From positions 24,242,001 through 24,306,000 of the forward strand of contig CM069135.1 of assembly GCA_035221665.1 (NCBI GenBank): DNA of 64,000 nt, read 5' to 3'. Below the pieces are notes generated by a model. It did no database searches. It saw only the letters and a list, made by a program, of their open reading frames with translations, and was not told the origin of the DNA. Positions 36,560 to 48,024 of the stretch are shown here, in pieces. The translations under genes were made by a program, and so were the position numbers. Numbering within the stretch: position 1 is the first letter of the stretch; every line of letters begins with the position of its first letter. The DNA is from Okamejei kenojei. Lineage: Eukaryota.

Positions 36560-37150
36560 GGTGTCCCGGTTGTTAATGTCTGCCTGTGCTCCCCCACCCC
36601 CCAGTCCCTAGATGTGTCGGCGAGTGCCCATGTGTTCCACTGCCTGTCAGTGCTCGCAAGGGCCGGGGGCCGGGGGCCAGGGGCCGGCTCCAGCAGCCTG
36701 TCCGGGGACGGATCCCCGAGGCTTCGCCGCCTTTCCCGAGCAGGCAGGCTGGGAGCCGAGGCCCAGCACACAATCTTTTCTTCAAGCTGAGAGAGAGAGA
36801 GAGAGAAAATAATAATAATAATAATAATCCTCACCTTCCTGCTGGTCCCGTTGCCCAGATAAATGTAATAGGCGATCCCCAGCACCCAGAGGAGGGCGAA
36901 GCATAGGAGGATTCTCGACTTTCTTCGCATAGTTTCGAGCGGGATGGGAATGAGGAGAGCGAGGCGGAGGAGCAGGCCGGATCGGCACTGGCGACGAAAC
37001 GACGCTCAGCATCCATCAGCGAAGAGCCGCGCAAGCTGGCGGCGCGCAAGCTGGGCGGAGGTCAGGGGGTAAAGGGTGCGCGCGCGGGGGGAGGGAGGGG
37101 AGGGCGCGCAACTGCCGACCGAGCGAGCGACCGGCCGAGCGACCGATGCA
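36560..37150 (-). promoter_or_regulatory. GALNT2: CpG island / GALNT2 promoter and 5' UTR
   Basis: Dense CpG outside recognisable repeats; GGGCGG box, GCGCGC motifs and GGGAGGGAGGGGAGGG tract around exon 1; AT-rich on the upstream side. Confidence 0.8.
36835..36930 (-). CDS. GALNT2: Polypeptide N-acetylgalactosaminyltransferase 2, coding exon 1 (cytoplasmic tail and type II TM anchor)
   Basis: [32 protein letters not shown] closely matches the vertebrate GALNT2 N-terminus ([24 protein letters not shown]...RK); phase-0 donor AAG|GTGAGG at 36835/36834; lies in a CpG island. No downstream exon recognised in 1-36834. Confidence 0.93.
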
Positions 37151-37414
37151 GCCTTCCAGCACCAAACTTACAAAAAACAAGCACCAGGATCATTTTGCAG
37201 TGCGTATAATGAGGAAGTTCATTCGACACTACATACAAACTTCAAGTAATTACCCTTTTTGCGCAGAAATATTGGGATGATTTCGCACTGCATGACTAAA
37301 ACACTTATTTTTTCCTAGATAATTACGCACCGTGTTTAATATCGACTATTATGTTGAATACAATTCCGAACTACATTAATTAAGAGCGCTGCTGTGTTTC
37401 TTTGAATGGAGACG

Positions 37415-37582
37415 CTACAATACAATATACAATGCGATATTTTATTCCATGTCATTTGAACCTCAGCGAAGCTCAAACGAAACTCCGTTTCCACAGCCAT
37501 ACAAAGACAATTCCTACAAAACATACAAACAATTCAATTTACACAAACATCCATCACAGTGAATCTCCTCACTACGAAGGCA
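37415..37582 (-). mobile_element. 3' half of the GC-rich hairpin retroposon family
   Basis: Reverse complement matches 56510-56670 (CACTGTGATGGATGTTTGTGT, GAAACGGAGTTTCGTT...GAGGTTCAAATGACA). Confidence 0.75.
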
Positions 37583-37977
37583 ATACATTGTATTGTAGTA
37601 AAGATAATTAGACATTACGTATTATGGAAATAGTAAATAATAGTTCTACACTGAATATAATAATTCAACATTACCTACAATAATGAATGAACTAATTTAC
37701 CAGTGTAAGTATTTTACATTTAAGATAGATACAATAGAAAAATACAATATATAAATCATTTTACAACACATATTAACAATTCTGAATTGCAAAAGAATGA
37801 ATTTAATTCTCTGGTGTAACTGATAATTCTGCTTAACATATTGTAATCTGGAATTAAAGATACATTGTGTAAACTAAGGTTGATCCAGCATTGAATATAA
37901 TTTATGTTACATAGTTTATAGCCCACTCCCATGGACTGAAAAAAAATTAAAAATCTTATAATAATGAAGATAAAGCT

Positions 37978-38119
37978 TCTTCTTTCTTCCTTCGTGTGGC
38001 GTGCACAGGCTAAAGTTGTAGGACAACTTATTCTATTTGATCTTCCGTTTGTGCACGTCAAGTTGATTGCATTAGTCGAAACAGGGCGGACCACGTGAAG
38101 GTTGCAATCTTCCGCCCCT
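37978..38119 (-). mobile_element. Short retroposon with a 5' HDV-like ribozyme (copy B)
   Basis: 10-bp TSD AGATAAAGCT (37968-37977 and 38120-38129); head GGGGCGG AA GATTGCA ACC TTCACGT GGT CCGCCCT G TTTCGA CTAA TGCAATC; GAA-rich tail. Confidence 0.85.
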
Positions 38120-40749
38120 AGATAAAGCTACATTATATATATATAAATAATATAATATAATTGTAAAAATCGAAGATAATAACAATAATTCTGTGTCATG
38201 GAATGATGTTAATTCTTGATGGAATGAAGTGAATCTATTTACATTGCAAATGATCAGGAAGAAAGTGTTTTGCATTTCAAGTAAACGAGCTTGACTTTTA
38301 TAATGAAGAAACTAAGTGGCTAGATGCAACCACAGTAGCAAGCTCCTTGTGGAATACAACCAGAGCTATTCCAGTTATAATGAGGTATTATTGCTTAAAA
38401 AATGGATGCTGAAATTATATAGGGGAGGAGGGGGAGGAGAAAGTGGTGGAAGAGTATCAAAGGATCTGTAAAGGCTGATGAAGAACAGCATCTTCATGGT
38501 TCTGTTTTTTATACAAGAGAGGCAGATCCTTCAGAGCTACTGGCAGCTTCCCCAGCAAGTTACCAGGGTGCTCATCATAGTAGTGCGTGAGTAATAATTC
38601 TTCAGGTCTGATCTGCCCACTCCCGTGGACTGAGGTGAAAATGGGATGAAGTCAACTCTCCTTGCCTATGCAGCTTCGGCAGTCTTCCTATTGCAGCAAT
38701 GAACAGCAAACTGTAAGGGATGGAAAGGATCAACAACATCTGCCTAGAATAATCCTGAGGCTAAGAAGTTGACAGTAACTCTGACATCCATGGACAAACA
38801 AAACCGGGCACATCTGTGAATGTATATTTGAGATTGCAGGACATTGCAGATATCTGTGAGGACAAGAGATTAGTTGGTCCTTTAAATCACGCAAGTTCAG
38901 ATCAGTGATCTGGAATATCAAACTTGGGGGGAGTATTGGGTTTTTCACCATTATCCATATAATCTTGGAAAGCCTTACAACAGGTAAAAAGGTCTGGGGA
39001 TAATAAAAATCTCATCGAAAGAAAGAGTTCAATGTTGTGAAAGGCACCATGGTTTGTGCACAATAGTGCTGTCTACTGAGTTTTCTCAGCACCATACCAA
39101 GTTTTCCTTGGGGTTTCTATGTTGATGCTAGTGTGGCAATGGTTTTAGTTGCTGATTAAAAAAAAATAAAGGATCATTTGGATAGAACAATGGCAGCTGA
39201 AATTTAATACAAAACACACCAAAAATATTATATTTATAATGGGTTCATCAGGATCTCATCCCAAAGTGCAAAATAGACAAAAAACAAAGCTTCAAATGGG
39301 ATCAATTAACATAATCTGCCTTGGTGATTTTTGTTAAAGGATAACTATGGGCCAGGTGAATTAGTTGGACAGCACAAAGGCAGCAGTTCCATCAGGACCT
39401 TGGGAGCTGTGTGAAATTTGCACATTCTCTAGTAATTAATTGGATACTGTAAATTATTCTCGAAGGGGAAGTGGCAAAGGGATCAAAGATGTGCTGTTAT
39501 GCATGTGAGAGAGTGCCAGGCTTCAGGGAAATGCAGGGAATAGCCTTGTTCTATTGAACTAGAGAGCCAGCAGGAATGTGATCGGCTGAATGGTCTCCTT
39601 TTGCAGCATAATAAGTAAATAAATGTATCTTGATTGCATGTCCACCCGAGTGTATAATGAACTTTGGTTTAATTTGCCAACAATGGTTCCATACGATGTC
39701 AGCCAAATTATGTGCTTCTCTCCAGAGCATGCTTATGGCAACTCAAGCAGTGGCATTTTACCATGGTCCAGCATTTGACAGTCAAGCAAGTAAGAACATT
39801 ATTTTAATATTCAATAGATTCAGATGGTATAATCTGATCTTAGTTCGCTGACACTTTTTCAAGTTATTGTAGCTTTCAATGTATATTAAAACAGTTACTG
39901 TTCTCTGTCAAATTGCAGAGGCTTGCAAATCTATTAAAAAGGTTTATATGATTATGGTTCATTCAGATGGAGTCTCTGGTGCATGAAATCTCCAATGCAG
40001 TTTTAATGTATGTCCAATATTTTAATTATTAGCTACTTATTGGAACCCCAGCTATAATTAATTGCATCTGATTGGATAATAAAAAAAGTAATGGACAGTT
40101 ATTGCATGAGTGATTTCAATGCATATATTCAGATTTGCATATTTTCATCCTTTTATTACATGATGATTTTGCCAAAGCAGGCTGTGTGAGTGTGCAGTAG
40201 ATATTTTCTACTAAAATTCGTGAATGTAGCTAAATGGTATCACTTAACAAATTCAGAACTACTTATCATGATTATAACCAAAACTGATCGTCAGTGATCA
40301 GTGGTAAGTCCTACTTCTACCTCCTTGCTGATGAGTGAGAGGAGATTGATCAGATCGTAGTTAGTCGGAAAGTATTTTTTTGGCATATTATTTATGGGCA
40401 ACTTTTTGCATTATTGGATGGATGTCACTGTTGTAGTTGTACTAGGACATTTTGGTTAGAGGCCAATCCTGTTCTGGATAACATCTTTATTACTAGATGT
40501 GATCTTGCTGGAGCCTACAGCCTTACCAACACAGCTAGTCATCTCTTGACATAATGGTAACCAAATCAAATTCATTGAGTGCAATGGAGACACAAGAGAT
40601 TGCAGATGCTGGAATCCGGAGCAAAAAAGTAAATTGCTGGAGGAACTCTGTGGGTCAAGTACCATCTGTGGGGAAAAGGGATAGTTTACGTTTTGTACTG
40701 TAAAAGCCTTGTTCTGTGCAATCATCTGACATACTTTACCAACACTGAA

Positions 40750-41796
40750 GATAGAAATTAGGTGCAGGAGTAGGCCATTCGGCCCTTCGAGCCTGCACTG
40801 CCATTCAATATGATCATGGCTGATCATCCAACTCAGTATCCTGTACCTGCCTTCTCTCCATACCCCCTGATCCCTTCAGCCACGAGGGCCACATCCAACT
40901 CCCTCTTAAATATGGCCAACGAACTGGCCTCAACTACCTTCTGTGCCAGAGAATTCCACAGATTCACCACTCTCTGTGTGAAAAACGATTTTTTCATCTC
41001 TGTCCTAAAAGACTTCCCCCTTATCCTTAAACTGTGACCCCTTGTCCTGGACTTCCCCAACATCGGGAACAATCTTCCTGCATCTAGCCTGTCTAACCCC
41101 TTAAGAATGTTGTAAGTCTCTATGAGATCACCCCTCAATCTTCTAAATTCCAGCGAGTACAAGCCGAGTCTATCCAGTCTTTCTTCATATGGAAGTCGTG
41201 CCATCCCAGGAATCAGTCTGGTGAACCTTCTCTGTACTCCCTCTATGGCAAGAATGTCTTTCCTCAGATTAGGAGACCAAAACTGTACGTAATACTCCAG
41301 GCGTGGCCTCACCAAGACCCTGTACAACTGCAGTAGAACCTCCCTGCTCTTGTACTCAAATCCTTTTGCTATGAATGCCAACATACCATTCGCTTTCTTC
41401 ACAGCCTGCTGCACCTGCATGCCTACTTTCAATGACTGGTGTACCATGACACCCAGGTCTCGTTGCATCTCCCCTTTTCCTAATCGGTCACCATTCAAAT
41501 AATAGTCTACCTTCCTGTTTTTGCCACCAAATTGGATAACCTCACATTTATCCACATTATACTGCATCTGCCATGCATTTGCCCACTCACCCAGTCTATT
41601 CAAGTCATCCTGCAGCCTCCTAGCATCCTCCTCACAGCTAACACTGCCCCCCAGCTTCGTGTCATCCGCAAACTTCGAGATGTTGCATTTAATTCCCTCA
41701 TCCAAATCATGAATGTATATTGTAAATAGCTGGGGTCCCAGCACTGAGCCTTGCGGCACCCCACTAGTCACTGTCTGCCATCCTGAAAAGGACCCG
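40750..41796 (-). mobile_element. CR1 3' fragment with an open RT C-terminus
   Basis: ORF 40833-41771: [30 protein letters not shown]. Confidence 0.95.
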
Positions 41797-42105
41797 AAGA
41801 TAGTGAATCATGAATCGATGTTTAATATTCTACCAAGTCAGTAATGCGATTTGGTGGTCATTTATTGCATTACTATTGCAGAACTTGTTGTGCACAAATT
41901 GTTTTCACATGTACCAACATTAGAACAATAATTATGCTCTAAAGCAGCTTAGTGACTGTGAGGTAGTCATTAAGGACTATCATTAAGTTAGAACACCTCA
42001 CAATTCCTGCGATCTGCTTGTTTAGGATTGTGGTGAGGGTATGCATCTTAATTCACAATTCTGCTTTTGTGCAGTTAGCTCATGATGATCATCAGCTGAG
42101 TTCAA

Positions 42106-42159
42106 GGGGTGGTAGATTGCAACCTTCACGTGGTCCGCCCTGTTTCGACTAATGCAATC
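42106..42159 (+). ncRNA. Minimal HDV-like self-cleaving ribozyme (predicted)
   Basis: P1 GGGGTGG/CCGCCCT with G1.U wobble; P2 GATTGCA/TGCAATC; P3 ACC/GGT; L3 TTCACGT; J4/2 CTAA with candidate catalytic C at 42149. Confidence 0.75.
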
Positions 42160-42253
42160 ATCTCGACGTGCATAAACAGAAGATCAAAAAGAACAAGTTG
42201 TCCAACAACGTTAGGCTGAGCACGCCACACAAAAGAAGAAGAAGAAGAAGAAG
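42106..42253 (+). mobile_element. Short retroposon with a 5' HDV-like ribozyme (copy A)
   Basis: 15-bp TSD ATCAGCTGAGTTCAA (42091-42105 and 42254-42268); (AAG)n tail; ribozyme fold at 42106-42159. Confidence 0.9.
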
Positions 42254-43526
42254 ATCAGCTGAGTTCAAAAAGGCTGTCCTTGATCATAAGAATTTGTCTA
42301 TTCAGTCCTTCAGTTCCTTTAAAAAGCATCAGTGGCATCATAGATTTCATCAAATGCAGAAGTGGTGGCTGATGTCATGACCTGACATTTTTATGTCAGT
42401 AATCATAGGAAGCAGCTTATTAATGCAATTGAATTCTTGTCTGCGCTGGAAGCCTGTGGAATTGCTTGTGGTTCTATATATCCACATTCATGATATCAAA
42501 GTACGTCATACTTTCACAATAATTGTAACCCATGAAAAAATGTGTTGGGCAGCCTCACATGTTGCTGACAGTTTCCCATAGGGAATTCGATGGAAATAAG
42601 TAATCCTTCACTTACTTCTTGCACCAGTTTTGCAGAGTTGGGCATACAATTTCCTGTTTTTGCTGGGAAGGATCCAGGAGTGTATAAATTAAAGGCTGTG
42701 GTCATTCTGCCAGCTCCTGGCAACATTTCAGCTGTGGAGCCTACCCAGAGCTCTGTTTCAATCATAGCTTAGTCAGCCGTATTTTTACTTCTCACTCATT
42801 CACTGTAAAAACATGAGCATAGATATTAGCTGACACTTCAGCGATCTTTTGAATAAGTGTTGCCCTGTTGGAAATGCTGTCTTTCAGTCTCTTACAAGTG
42901 TGGGTAAATAGTGCTGTTGCATTACTTTAAGAAAGTGCAGCATATTATCCCCTTACGACCCGAGCAATATTCAAACCTCAGCCAACATTACTAAATTATA
43001 TTATCATATTCCTGAACATAGCTTTGCACAAAGTAGCTCCTGAGTTTCCTAAATTACTTTGCTGAGTACTTCATAGACTATATAATTGACTATAAACATA
43101 TCTAAATTCCTGAGATCATGAAATACATCATATAAATCCAAATTTTTCATGATTTATTTCCCATATGTTATCAAGACAAAGAGGCCATAGCTTTAAAGTG
43201 AGAGAAAGAAGTTTTAAAGGGAATTTGAGAGGAAAGTTTTTTTACATTTGGAATAGTAAAATCTGAAACGGACTGTCAAAGGATGCGGTGGAAATAGATA
43301 CAATCACTATATTAAGAGGCATATGGATAGGCCTTTGAATAGGCAAGACATAGATACTTGCTCCATAATGTGGGCAAAAGGCTCAGCACAGACATGATGA
43401 GCTGAAGGGCTTGTTTCTCTGCTATACCACTCCAAGATCCAAAATCAATGGATCATTATTAAAATATCTGCAAGTTCTTAAGATGGTGATCATACCAGCA
43501 GAATATTAATCTTAAAGGCTAATGAG

Positions 43527-44509
43527 TAGCCAGGATTTTACCATAAATGCCATGTGCCTATTCATGCCTTTTTTCATGATTTCACCAGGATCATGCCTTT
43601 TTCATGATCGAGTGCCTAAATCAGCCTTTTTTGCCATTTTGCTAAAAGCTTGTGCTATTTTCTCTAGTTGTACTGTGATTACAATGACGTTTTCTATGTT
43701 AACACATTCATATTAATGTCATTATTAACATAGTATAATTTACAAGAAAAGTTCCACCACCGGGGTGACCGCCAGCGTCGGTCGTTCATTCGTTCGTGCC
43801 GCTGCCCGCTGGTTCAGTCTTCTCTAATATCTATCTAAGAAAGAACTGCAGATGCTGTAAAAATTGAATGTAGACTAAAAATGCTGGAGAAACTCAGCGG
43901 ATGAGGCAGCATCTATGGAGAGAAGGAATAGCCACGTTTCGGGTCGAGACCCATCTTCAGACTGATGTGGGGGAGGCGGTGGGGAAAAGAAAGGAAGAGG
44001 TGGAGACAATAGGACTAGGAGAGCTGGGAAGGGGGAGGAGGGAGAAGACAAGGACTATCTAACATTCGAGAAGTCAATGTTGATATCGCTGGGGTGTAGA
44101 CTACACAAGCGAAATACCCAAACTTGTCCCCTCACTACATTTACTGCTGGCTCCAGTCGCAAATCTGAGTTTTTGAGTATGTGTGCAGCTATTACAATAT
44201 ATATTAATGATTTGGACGAGGGGATTGAATGCAACATCTCCAAGTTTGCGGATGACACGAAGCTGGGGGCAGTGTTAGCTGTGAGGAGGATGCTAGGAGG
44301 CTGCAAGGTGACTTGGATAGGTTGGGTGAGTGGGCAAATGCATGGCAGATGCAGTTTAATGTGGATAAATGTGAGGTTATCCACTTTGGTGGCAAGAACA
44401 GGAAAGTAGACTATTATCTGAATGCTTTTTCATGCCTTTTTTGTAATTTTATTATGCCTGTTTGCCTGCCTATTTCAGAGTTTTTTAATGCCTAAACATC
44501 CTGAGTCTG
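43527..44509. mobile_element. hAT-like non-autonomous DNA transposon containing Penelope and CR1 fragments
   Basis: 8-bp TSD CTAATGAG (43519-43526 and 44510-44517); imperfect TIR TAGCCAGGATTTTA vs CAGACTCAGGATGTTTA (right end, reverse complement); repeated subterminal ATGCCT motifs. Confidence 0.7.
43835..44120 (-). mobile_element. Penelope-like element 3' end (ORF C-terminus and terminal repeat with hammerhead core)
   Basis: FRLCSLHPSDINIDFSNVR* resembles the Penelope ORF terminus (FRLGSLxPxGMNIxFS); CTGAAGATGGGTCTCGACCCGAAACG on the minus strand near 43935-43962. Confidence 0.75.
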
Positions 44510-45187
44510 CTAATGAGAAACAAGTCCATAGTCACTCTGTTTCCAATAGTTCCAGCTAAGCCAGGTCTGTGTTGATAACACTTTCAAGTATTTTATTCTT
44601 TATGGCTATTGACTGAGTTGACGGTTCAATTGTGAACTAACTCCAAATCCTTTAATGTCTTTATTTAACTATAACTCTATCTATCTTAGATTTAAAATTA
44701 GCTATAGACCCGACTTTGATCATTTTCCATTTGTGAAAGAGTTCCAAATTTCCTAATTTGTTTCTTAATTTTCCCAAAACGTCTGGCTCTAACATCAGGA
44801 TTTACTCCCAGACTCTCAAACAGTTGCCACTGTGGCCAGCCAATTCTAATGAAACAAGTGGTGCAGAAGATGGGATGTGGTAGTGGAGTGCATTGCAACC
44901 ATTGCAATCTCAATCTCCTCTTGCAATTCTCAGTGCATGCATAAATGTGTCATCTAGTGTGTCTGGTCCAGGGCTGAGTTTAGGAGATCAGGATGACCAT
45001 AATTGGAGTCACATATGCTGTGGTTAGAGTGGGAATGAGCAGGGCTTAAGTAAAGGCGGTGATCAACCAAGGATTGGAGAGGAGAGGCGCAGGGTAATGC
45101 CCAAGGATAATGGGCAACAGCAAGTTTAATGGTGGAGCTTAGGTGCTGCTGCAGATCAAAGACTCCATCAGGTAACATGGGAGATTT

Positions 45188-45312
45188 GGGGTGGGAGATT
45201 GCAACCTTCACGTGGCCCACCCTGTTTCGACGAATGCAATCAACCTGGCGTGCACAAGCAGAAGATCAAACAGAACAAGTTGTCTTACAACTTTAGGTTG
45301 TGTACGCCATAA
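45188..45312 (+). mobile_element. Short retroposon with a 5' HDV-like ribozyme (copy C, tail eroded)
   Basis: GGGGTGG GA GATTGCA ACC TTCACGT GGC CCACCCT G TTTCGA CGAA TGCAATC followed by the shared 3' body. Confidence 0.8.
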
Positions 45313-46960
45313 GACTTAACTTGCCTTTACAGGCACAGGCAATGACCAGACCTCTAAATCATGTGCTGGCCCTTCATGCCAAACAGCCCGCAATGGAGAC
45401 CTAGTCTACTTAAACCCATCCAACGTTGACATAATCTCTTTGACATGCTGACACTCTTCATTTATGAAGTCATACTTTATTGTCACATGTGACAGGTCTC
45501 AGTGAAATTCTTTGTTTTGCATACTCAAGGTATGCAAATAGTCACCACATAAAGGGAGCGGACAAAGTTACAAAGTATTCCATGCCAGGTCCTCCTTATC
45601 TCTTGCTATATCTATGGACAGAAAAAAAATAGTTGTGAATGATTTGGTTAAGGAGCGTGAATTTACATTAAATTAATTATCATATTTTTCCAATTGTGGA
45701 ATATAGCTGCAATGTTGTACTTTGAAAAGTAATTCTCTGAATGTAAAACGTTAAAAAAATATCCTGATCCTTTTTGACATTTCCTGTGCCATTGTTGGAA
45801 AGGATACAGACATCTGGAAATGCAGTGAAGGAGTAGGGAAGCTCTCTCTAACAAAATCCGCTTTCTGATAAAATGCTTTGATTTTTTTGCCTTATGCAAT
45901 ATACTTTTTCCTCAGAGAGGCAACCACAAGACCTCATGACAAAATTTCTGACCCAGGAACCACGAAGATGCCTGCATTATCTACATCATGACTTCTGGAC
46001 ATATCGCCATCCAATCCACTCTGGCACCTTATTGAATCTGGACGCAAAATACTGACAGGAAAAGAAACACAGCACAAAGTCCCAGCAAAAAGAAAACCTT
46101 TCCAACAAATGTCTCACAGCGTATAGTACTGGTATTTCCTGGCATCTGTTGAGAGATTCTTGGTTTATTTGTCAGAAAACGCCAAGACTTCATCCTGGAG
46201 ATAAAGGAGTTAATTAATTGCAAATGCAAGACACTCTAAGACTGAAAGCACTATCACAGCTCAAGAGAGAGAGAAACAGGTTTGCAGAGGATCCTGTCTA
46301 CTTTCTTGAAGCCCAAAGCGACTATGTATGTTAGATTCAGTTTGGCACAAGCATGAAAATAATTATAACCCTTTCAACTTGTATTGGATTGGGCCATGGT
46401 TATGGAGTGGTTGATTGGGTTCAGAACAGGTTCCAATTAACTATCGCTGGCCCAGGTTTGGATTGGCTATAGTTCAGTCGGATTTGGATTTGCATGGTTA
46501 AGTCAGGTTTAGATTTATTGCAATCAGATTGGATTCAGATCAGCTATTTATTTTGTATTTGATCGGATGTGTAATTCACAGGATTTGAAAGCTGAATTTG
46601 AGCAAGAAACTTGTAATTGGAGAACAGATGGTGACGATCAAGGCTACACAGCGACATGGAATCTTCATCCTCACAGACTGATCCACAACAGGCCAAATCC
46701 CGGTGCTGAATGGGATCAAACAAGGCTTTGTCATTGCACCAATCCTCTCTTCAATCTTCCTTGTTGTGATAGTTGACCTTATCTTGAACCTCCACTTGAG
46801 TGGGTCAGTGGACAGGATGAGCAGTAAACTGTTCAACCTTCATCGCATCCACTCCAGAATCAAGATCATCCCAACCGCGGACATCGTGCTTATGCATGTG
46901 CTTAAGTTCAAAACATTGAATCCTCTATGAAAATGTATACAATTATGGATCTAATACTAA

Positions 46961-47626
46961 TGGGCCTGTCCCACTGAGGCGGCTTTTTAGGGACTGCAGG
47001 AGACTATGCAGTCGCCACATGGTCGCCACATGTTCGTGGGTGGTTGAAAAATTAGCGACGACTAGAATGAAGCCACCATGGAGAGTAACGAGAATTCTCG
47101 AGCCGTAGGTGGGTCGCCAGGAGGTCCTAATGGGTTGCCAGGAGGTCGAAGGTTCTCGTAGGTTGTAGCCGATGCTGACCGGTGAATTTCATTGGCTCAT
47201 TGAAAAAAAAAGATAAGCAGTAGTTTTCAGAACCAAGGATAACCGACCGGTAATATTAAATGTCCGCCAAGATTCACAGTCGTGTATCTCTGGCTTCTTA
47301 GAAGATGTCTCCACTCCTTCTCCCCCCCTCTTTTAAAGGACATATCGTACACTGTGCTTTAGCCATCTTTTTAAAACCCCAACCTTCCTGTTCATCGCAG
47401 TGTGTGTCTGTATCACTTTGGCTTTGCACCGTGTGAATTGTTTAGACATCGCTCCCCCCGCTTGCCCTGTCCCCTGCCTGCATAACGGGCTGGTGAAAGA
47501 AGCGATGTGTGTGTGTGTGTTCCACTCTGACAGTCGCCGTTCCAGTTGCCAGTTTTTCAGGCGACTGCCGGCAACTTGACAGCCGCCGGCAGTCCGCTGA
47601 AAAATCGCCTAAGTGGGACAGGCCCA
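46961..47626. mobile_element. MITE, PIF/Harbinger-like termini (longer relative of 22975-23272)
   Basis: TIR TGGGCCTGTCCCACT / AGTGGGACAGGCCCA; TAA and TTA flanks. Confidence 0.8.
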
Positions 47627-47700
47627 TTAAGCTCTGAAATATCAAGATCAATCTCATCACTACCACAACAATATCCATGATGTAACCGTCGACAGTGATC

Positions 47701-48024
47701 TTAGTTTAGTTTAGTTTAGAGATTCAGCATGAAAACAGGCCCTTCAGCCCACCATGCTGACCAATGATCACCCATTCACACCAGATGTATGTTATCCCAC
47801 TTTTGCATCCACTCCCTACACACTGGGAGCAATTGTACAGGTGCCAATTAATCTACAAACCCGCATGCCTTTGTGATATGGGAGGAAACCGGAGCACCCA
47901 GAGGAAACCCACATGGTCACAGGGAGACCGTACCAAACTCCACACAGAACTGTAGCAGAGGTCAAGATCGCATCCGGGTGTCTGCCGCTGTGAGGCAGCA
48001 GCTCTACCAGCTGTGCTGCCCTTC
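47701..48024 (-). mobile_element. tRNA-derived V-SINE (HE1-like)
   Basis: GGAGGAAACCGGAGCACCCAGAGGAAACCCAC...CAAACTCCACACAGA core; (TTTAG)n tail as read on +. Confidence 0.85.

Larger units (their letters stand above)
38400..42810 (+). pseudogene. Candidate decayed SLC22-like / MFS transporter exons
   Basis: Collinear motif-like pieces: AVAFYHGPAFDSQ (39747-39785), VVVVLGHFG*RPILF (about 40430-40474), FPVFAGKDPGVYKLKAVVILPAPGNISAV and SIIA*SAVFLLL (42582-42800); some have splice-like ends. Recognised by eye only. Confidence 0.35.

Noticed and set aside
1-36834. Further GALNT2 exons (exon 2, EDWNEID-like)
   Set aside because: Not recognised by eye. Intron 1 is very long in other vertebrates, though a short divergent exon could have been missed.
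36007-36930. 307-aa ORF read as a repeat-rich membrane protein
   Set aside because: Only the first 32 codons are GALNT2. The rest is read-through past a canonical donor into (ATT)n, (CT)n and a stop-poor minisatellite.
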